Shown here one piece after another: positions 55,626 through 64,000 of a DNA stretch of 64,000 nucleotides (positions within the stretch are counted from its first letter, which is position 1; each line of letters begins with the position of its first letter). The notes beneath the pieces were generated by a model that worked only from the letters and a program-made list of their open reading frames with translations, did no database searches and had not been told where the DNA came from. The position numbers and the translations under genes were made by a program. This DNA comes from Octopus vulgaris. Lineage: Eukaryota. The DNA is taken from the NCBI GenBank assembly GCA_951406725.2, contig OX597831.1, forward strand, positions 29,884,001 through 29,948,000. The letters run 5' to 3'.

Positions 55626-56045
55626 ATAATTGTCACATATTACATTTACAGATAAATTCCTCTATTTACATAATATCGAGGTCTCTTTCATTCTTTTGTT
55701 GTCTTACCACTTTTATCAAAATGTATGTATATATGTATACATGTATACATATATATATATATATATATACACACACAAATATGTCTGTATGCATAAACAG
55801 TTGTTTTTTTGCTAACACAAAACTGCTAATTGCACATATTAACTATAGATACAGAATTGTTGTTTCCAGTCTAGACATAATAATAATTACCAGTTATATT
55901 AGGGGGACTGCTTTAATGAAAATGTTTATGTTGTTGTTACTACTGCTGCATTAGATAGTCTAGTTTTGGTGCCTTATTTCAACAGACACAAATGCATGTA
56001 TATATGTATATTATTAGGTGTTGTGTATAGTACATATATATATGT

Positions 56046-56097
<52 letters not shown>

Positions 56098-56693
56098 CAC
56101 TGCAAGGCACCTTGGGCATCTTCACTTTTACATATAGCCTGAATATAGTGTTGAATAACATGTAATTAAGTCAGATTAAATTTTGAATGCATTTAATACA
56201 TACGTTTCAGAGCATTATGCAAGAGAGAAAAAAGAATTCTTATCTTACCCAACATCTTCCTCAGTTAAGACATTACAAAATATAAATATATCTATAATAT
56301 AATATATATATATATTAATGGGGAAGAATATGTCACGTGAATAATAGATTTACAGACAATGCTTAGATGGGATTGAATGCCTGAGATCCAATGTCAAATG
56401 ATGTGAAACAGAATCCAGATAAACAGAAGTTGACCCTTGGCAATGTGGCAATCGAATTAGTGAATGTAGACTACCATAGATGGACAGACTATTGTTTGAG
56501 GTATCAAGGCAGTTATAAATTAATTACGAAGAAGTGAATATATCTATAATTATGCTTATACTCACTCCTATATAACTAATTTACAAATGTTCTGATGCTA
56601 TTAATAAATATTTACCCATCTTTTGTGTTTTAAATACATATATTTATGTATGCATATACATACATGTATATATGCATGCATACATATATATAT

Positions 56694-56740
<47 letters not shown>

Positions 56741-56775
56741 TATGCATTTATGTATGCATATATGTGTTTGTATCC

Positions 56776-56887
<112 letters not shown>

Positions 56888-57097
56888 TATGTATATATAC
56901 GATATATATGTATATATACATAAGATATGTATATATATATGTATATATATACATATATTAGTGTGTATATACAAAGTGTATGTTTATAATTTATAATTAT
57001 ATATATATAATTTAAACTATAATATCCTGGTTGTGGGATTTCAATTCTCTTTCTTTTGCTCTATCATTATCGTTGTTATTAACGATATTATTATTAC

Positions 57098-57158
<61 letters not shown>

Positions 57159-57159
57159 G

Positions 57160-57381
57160 TTGTTTGAACTCAGAGCAGAATTCAGTGACAATGAATTTAT
57201 ATCTTTTTTATTGTGCTCTCGGTTCAAGCTGAGATCGATTTTTGCCTTTCGTAATTCCTGGGATGATAAATTATGTACCAGTGATACGCTGAGATTGTAA
57301 TAATTATTTATCCCCTCTCCAGCAAAAACTGTCTGTGTGTCTATATTAGAAACCACCACCACTACCATCACCACCACCACC

Positions 57382-57412
<31 letters not shown>

Positions 57413-57626
57413 AAATGGCAAGCTGGCAGAATTGTTAACATACCAGACAAAAATGTGTAGCACAATTTTGTCCATCTTTCCACCCTGAGTTCAAATTCTT
57501 CCAAGGTCAACTTTACATTTCACCCATTTGGAGTTGATAAAATTAGTACCAGTTATGCACTGGGGTCAATGTAATCGACTTAATCCTCTCTCCCAAATTT
57601 GAGGCCTTGTGCTTCCAGTAGCAAGG

Positions 57627-57694
<68 letters not shown>

Positions 57695-58127
57695 GGTAAC
57701 GAGCTGGCATATTTGTTATGTGAGTGACATTTCTTCCAGCTCTTTATGTTCTGAGTTCAAATTCCACTGAGGTTGACTTTGCATTTCATTCTTTCGGGGT
57801 TGATAAAATAAAGTCATGTACGGAGGAATGGTGTAATCAACTTACCTGCTCTCCCCCATAAGATTGCTGGCCTTGTGCCAAAATGGGAAACCATCAACAA
57901 CTACAACAACAACCAGCAACAATGATAATAATGATAATAATAATAATAATAATAATCCTTTTTTACTGGATGCACAAGGCCTCAAATCTGGAGAAAGGGA
58001 TTCAGTCGATCACATCAACTACAGTTGATAAAATCAGTACCAGTTTAACACTGGGGTCAATGTAATCAACTCATCCCTTCTCCTAAAACTGCTAATGCCC
58101 TTGTAGAAAAATTTGAAACCATCATCA

Positions 58128-58168
<41 letters not shown>

Positions 58169-58441
58169 ATTACTATTATTTATGAGCTGGCAGAATCATT
58201 AGCACGCTGGACAAAATACTTAGCAGGATTTCGTCTTCATGTTCTGAGTTCAAATTCCGCCAAGGTCAGCTTTGCCTTTCATCCTTTCAGGGCCAATTAA
58301 ATAAGTACCAGTTATGCACTGCAGTCAATGTATTCGTCTTAATCCCTTCCTCCCAAATTTGAGGCCTTGTGCTTCCGGTAGAAAGGATTATTGTTGTTGT
58401 TATCATTATTATTATTATTATCATCATCATCATCATTATTA

Positions 58442-58496
<55 letters not shown>

Positions 58497-58772
58497 TGCT
58501 GCTTTTGTTAGCAGACACATTGTACTGTAATCTTGTCCTTTTTTTTTTTTTGTGTCCATTCTTGCTGGAATCATCTTCACTTTTACATATTTTCATGGTT
58601 GATAAGAAAAAAAAAACATACCGGCTATATACTGGGGTTGATATAATTGGCTATACTCACTCTCCTCTCCCTACTTAAATAACTTGCTTTATGCTTGTGG
58701 TAGAACTCTTTATAATTGTTATTATTATTATCGTTATCATCATCATTATTATTATTATTATTATCATTATTA

Positions 58773-58866
<94 letters not shown>

Positions 58867-59245
58867 GGCGGTGAGCTGGCAGACAAAATGCTTAGCAGAG
58901 TTTCCCCCGTTGCTATGTTTGGAGTTCAAATTCCGCCATGGTCAATAAAATAAGTACCAGTTGACATACACTGGGGTTGGCATACTCGACTCATCCCCAC
59001 CCTCCCCAAGCTACCCTTGTGGCAAAATTTGCAGTAAGGCAGTGAGCTGGTAGAACTGGTAGAACATAAAGCAAAATGCTTAACACCATTTCTTGCAATT
59101 ATTTACATTCTGAGTTCAGATTCTGCCAAGATCGACTTTACTTTTCATCCTTTAGGGGTTGATAAAAACAAGTACCTGTCGAGCACTGGGTTCTATGTAA
59201 ATGACTTCCCCTTTCCTTTCAAAACTGCTGGCCTTGTGCCAAATG
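57160..59245 (+). mobile_element. Cluster of diverged SINE family 3 copies joined by (ATT)n
   Basis: About seven degenerate copies separated by ATT/ATC tracts. Confidence 0.8.
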
Positions 59246-59809
59246 TTTTATGTTGAAACTGGCCAGATCCGAACTCTCACACCTACCCTACAATCCATCT
59301 ACAAAATTTGTGGCCTTCTACTGATATGATTAACCTTTACTTATTTTTTTTATTTTATCTTTAGATGCTTTTTTTTCTTTTTTCTTTCTTTTTTTTTGTT
59401 GGTGTTCAGTTTTTCTATTTCTGCTGCTATTAATTATCCTCCCTGCTCCATCTCATCACTATCATCATCATCATCATCATCACTGTGACCACCACCACCA
59501 CCATCACCACCACTACCAATATCATCATCAACATCATCATCATCATTTCCACCACCATCATCAACATCACCATCACCCTTATCATCATCATCATCAGATG
59601 TTTTCATCTAATCAGCTTAATCAACCTGTCACTTCGTTAAACGTCCATTAAAAATCTGTTTTTTTTTTTGTTTTCCTTTTTTTTGTTTTGGGGTTTTTTG
59701 TTATTTTTATTTTTATTTTTATTTTATATTTCATTTTTTTTTTCCTGTTCTGTTCTGTTCACATATCACAGAATTTAGAAAATATCAATGGAGCCTGTTG
59801 TACATTTTA

Positions 59810-59925
59810 ACTACAATAAATTATATACACTCTTTATTATATAGTTGTAAATATACACACTGGATTCAGAAAGAAGATAAAAGACTAAATATTATATACA
59901 CTCTTTATACAGATGTAAATAAAAA
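59810..59925 (+). terminator. Candidate distal polyadenylation region
   Basis: AATAAA at 59815 and 59918, TGTAAATA at 59846 and 59914, preceded and followed by T/GT-rich sequence. Confidence 0.35.
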
Positions 59926-60405
59926 CATTTATGATCAAAAATAATTATAATCGCCTTTGTTGTTTGTTGTTTTTTTAAATTTCATTTTTGTCATTTTATG
60001 CTTTCCAACCATGTGGTCTTGAGTTCAGTATTTCTGTGTTATTCATTATCCTCCCTGCTCCATCTCATCACCATCATCAGTCATCACTGTGACCACCACC
60101 ACCACCATCACCACCACTACCAAATTTCATCATCATCAACATCATCACCATCAAACAGTTAAATCGAAAATTATCAAAGGGAAGACCATGAAAAAAACTG
60201 CACCAGTATTACAGTAAGGTCGCAGTTGCCATGGTTACTAATCAATGCAGTTGAAACACGTGTAGATGTATTTGAAGCTGTATATATAAAAGAATTAAAG
60301 GTAAAGCTATGCTACTTCATAATAATCATTAATACTATTATTATTTATATTTATAATAACTATAATCATATATCATATATATATGTATATATATATATAT
60401 ATATG

Positions 60406-60506
<101 letters not shown>

Positions 60507-60554
60507 GTATGTATATATGCATATAATATATATATGTGTGTGTGTGTATGTATG

Positions 60555-60587
<33 letters not shown>

Positions 60588-61347
60588 TTCGCTCATTATA
60601 TATAAAAGCATTCATTCTTATATTATTGCGGCGTTACGTGCACCCCCCCCCCCCCGTTTGTTTGTCCAATTTTAAACCCTGCACGACTTCTATACACACT
60701 GTCTTTCCTACCCGCCATTGCTTCTTCACCAAACTTTTTGGCGCCCTCCGATTCTTCCCCCCTCTTCCCCCCTCTTCCCCTTCCTCCTCCCCTCTTCCTC
60801 CCATCCTCCTTGATCCCTTCTTTCTCCTTTTCTCTTGGTCACTGATTCTGTCCCCTGCCTTCCACCCTCTTTGATTCCCCTCTCTCTGTCTCTCTTTCTC
60901 TCTCTCCTGCAACCTGCTTTCTTAACCATTCTGTTGGCCATCAGACCAACCAAAGTCTTGTTTCGAAGACAGAAACAGAGAAAAAATTTCACGCCAGCTA
61001 TGTTGTTGTTGTTTTTGTCTCATTTGGTCTAAAGTCGTATGACAACCACCGTTATATATATTTTGTTTATTCATTACTGTTTTCAATTTCGTTTTCGTCT
61101 CTTGTATTTACATCCGTCTTACAGTAAGGTCGCAGTTGCCATGGTTACTAATCAATGCAGTTGAAACACGTGTAGATGTATTTGAAGCTGTATATATAAA
61201 AGAATTAAAGGTAAAGCTATGCTACTTCATAATTAAACGTTTTATATGATTCGGTGTCTGACTGAAGATTGAAGGCTTCGAATGATTTGTCTGTGTTCCG
61301 TGTTCGTCCCTTCCTGTATTTCGCGTTCATTATATATAAAAGCATTC

Positions 61348-61389
<42 letters not shown>

Positions 61390-61818
61390 TGGGCCGGCCT
61401 TGAGCCGTTTGGACCGATTGCTCCCAATCAGGTCCCGCGCTCAAGAGGGCCAGATTCTATACTGCAACGTATACTTCTCTTTGAACGGCCCTTTGAAAAG
61501 TTATATTTGAAGGTTATCTCCCTTGAAGCCTCAGCGATCGCTTCGCTCAAAATGTTTGCAATATTTTTCATTCATTAGTTTGCTAGAAAGAGCAGCTAAA
61601 ATCTTTTACAAACGACACCCTATATTTATAATGTATATATAATATTCTGCAAAAGAGGGGTAGCTTATCCTGTTCAGGCTTATATTATTAGCATTATCCT
61701 GCGTTTGAGAATTTAAAATCACTTCTTTAACTTTCTAAGACATCTCAACGCTTCTAAAGCAAACTTGGTTTGTTTGTTTACGTTCATCGTAATTTGAATT
61801 TAATATATATATATATAT

Positions 61819-61865
<47 letters not shown>

Positions 61866-61875
61866 TAGATATATA

Positions 61876-62298
61876 TTCTCTTTACTCTTTTACTGATTTC
61901 AGTCATTTGACTGTGGCCATGCTGGAGCAACGTCTTTAGTCGTGCAAGCCGACCCCAGGACTTATTCTTTGTCAACCTAGTGCTTATTCTATCGGTCTCG
62001 TATGCCGAAACGCTAAGTTGCGGGGACGTAAACACACCAGTATCTGTTGTCAAGCAATGTTGGGTTGGGACAAACACAGATGCACAAACATATACACACA
62101 CATACGCACACACACACACACACAGATATATATATATATATATACGACGGGCTTCTTTCAGTTTCCGTCTACCAAATCCATTCACAAGGCATCGGTCAGT
62201 CTTAAGGCTATAATAGAAGACACTTATCCAAGGTGCCATGCAGTGGGACTGAACCCGGAACCATGTGGTTCATAAGTAAGCTACTTACCACACAGCCA
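61876..62298 (-). mobile_element. SINE family 1
   Basis: Match to family 1. Confidence 0.88.
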
Positions 62299-63253
62299 TA
62301 TATATATATATGAAGGATATTGTTGACAGTGACTTCAAAGTTTCAGCTAGCTAAGCTATCCGCTGGATGACGTTTTAGCTCAGAGCAAAAACAATGAAGC
62401 CCTTGTCGGCAGCATTCTTGTAATAAGACTAATAAATTTGAACTCTTGAATAGTATATAGAGTGACTCATCAGATTAAATATAAAATTGCTTGTGTGTAT
62501 GTGTGTGTGTGTGTGTGGTAATTTTCTGAAACATGGATAATTTGTTAATTAAAGCTTCTACCCATACATCTCAGAAGGTGTAAAGCATTTTTCTCTCTCT
62601 TTTAAATAAACTCAAAGGTAGCCGGTCCTCACCGTGGTTGTTTACTATGCTAGAAATAGCAGTTATTAGGCATAAAAAAAACAGATCACTATTCTGATTT
62701 CCTAATACGCCGCGAAGGGAAAAAATGTCTTTTGCAAAGTGACCAATAGATATAGATACACATACACACACACACACACACTTATTCTAAGCCATTGTAT
62801 TAGAATCATATTAGGAGCCGAGATTAGTTGATAGAACACGAAAAAAAAAGAAAAACGTGGAAAATAAATACCTCTGAGATAAGAGGGAGGTGAATTCCGA
62901 GGGCTCCCACCCACTCCGATTTCGGGGGAAAGAAGTCATTTGCGGTATATTAGGAGATGAGATCAGTTGAAAGCACATGAAAAAAGACAAACGAGGGGAA
63001 AACATTATTTCTCAGAAAATTTGTGTTGTGTGTTATAAAATTATAAAATTTAAACTGTTAAAAATATTTTGGCAAAAATCGGAAAGAAAGATCTCAAATT
63101 GATAAATTTCTTCAAGCAGCTTATCATTTGATTGATACCTTGTGTCGCTAAAGGGTAGAAATTATGAAGTATACGTCGCAGTATAGAATGTGGCCCTTTT
63201 GAGCGCGGGACCTGAATGAGAGCAATCGGTCCAAACGGCTTAAGGCCTGCCCT

Positions 63254-63337
<84 letters not shown>

Positions 63338-64000
63338 TTCAAATTACGATGAACGTAAACAAACAAACCAAGTTTGCTTTAGAAGCGTTCAGATGTCTTT
63401 GAAAGTTAAAGAAGTGATTTTAAATTCTCAAACGCAGGATAATGCTAATAATATAGCTTGAACAGGATAAGCTACCCCTATTTTGCAGAATATTATATAT
63501 ACATTATAAATATAGGGTGTCGTTTGAAAAAAATGTTAGCTGCTCTTTCTAGCAAACTAATGAATGAAAAGTATTGCAAACATTTTGAGCGAAGCGGACG
63601 CTGAGGTTTCAAGGGAGATAACCTTCAAATATAACTTTTCAAAGGGAAATTACTATCCATGATTATATCTAATAGTTATTTCCCTTGTAATCATTCTCTT
63701 TATTCTTTTATTTCCTTGTTATTTTGATTGCGGCCATGCTGTAGCACCCCTTGACTGTTTTCTTTTTTTTTAGTGCTAGCAGTCGACTCCAGGACTTATT
63801 CTTTCTGAGACTAGCACTTATTTGATCGGTCCTTTTACCGAACCGCTAAGTTACGGGGACGTAAACACCAACATCGGTTGTCAAGCAACGGTAGGGGGAC
63901 AAATGCAGACAGAAAGACACACACATACATAAATATATGTATACACACACACACAAACATACACACACATACACATACACACACACACACATATATATAT

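Overview
AT-rich, microsatellite-saturated animal DNA. The SINE/LINE repertoire is typical of an octopus (coleoid cephalopod) genome; this is inferred from repeat style. The one well-supported host gene is a + strand PAP2/LPP-family phospholipid phosphatase (PLPP1-3/wunen-like). Five coding exons (40055-51965) can be reconstructed with GT-AG sites, consistent phases and all three catalytic motifs, but its first coding exon is not identifiable. The rest is transposon landscape: CR1/L2-group LINEs (one near full length in PLPP intron 2), Penelope-like elements (one with a GIY-YIG ORF, plus a minimal hammerhead ribozyme remnant), an R4/Dong-like RLE LINE in (TAA)n, RTE fragments, mariner/Tc1 remnants, non-autonomous Helitrons, several fold-back elements and at least three modular tRNA-derived SINE families. 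Almost all listed short ORFs are microsatellite artefacts. The most notable observations are a shared LINE/SINE 3' motif with covarying stem-loops, self-clustering SINEs joined by (ATT)n, the hammerhead, and a CpG-decayed, inverted-repeat-rich zone that may be a very long PLPP 3' UTR. No clearly new biological system could be established.
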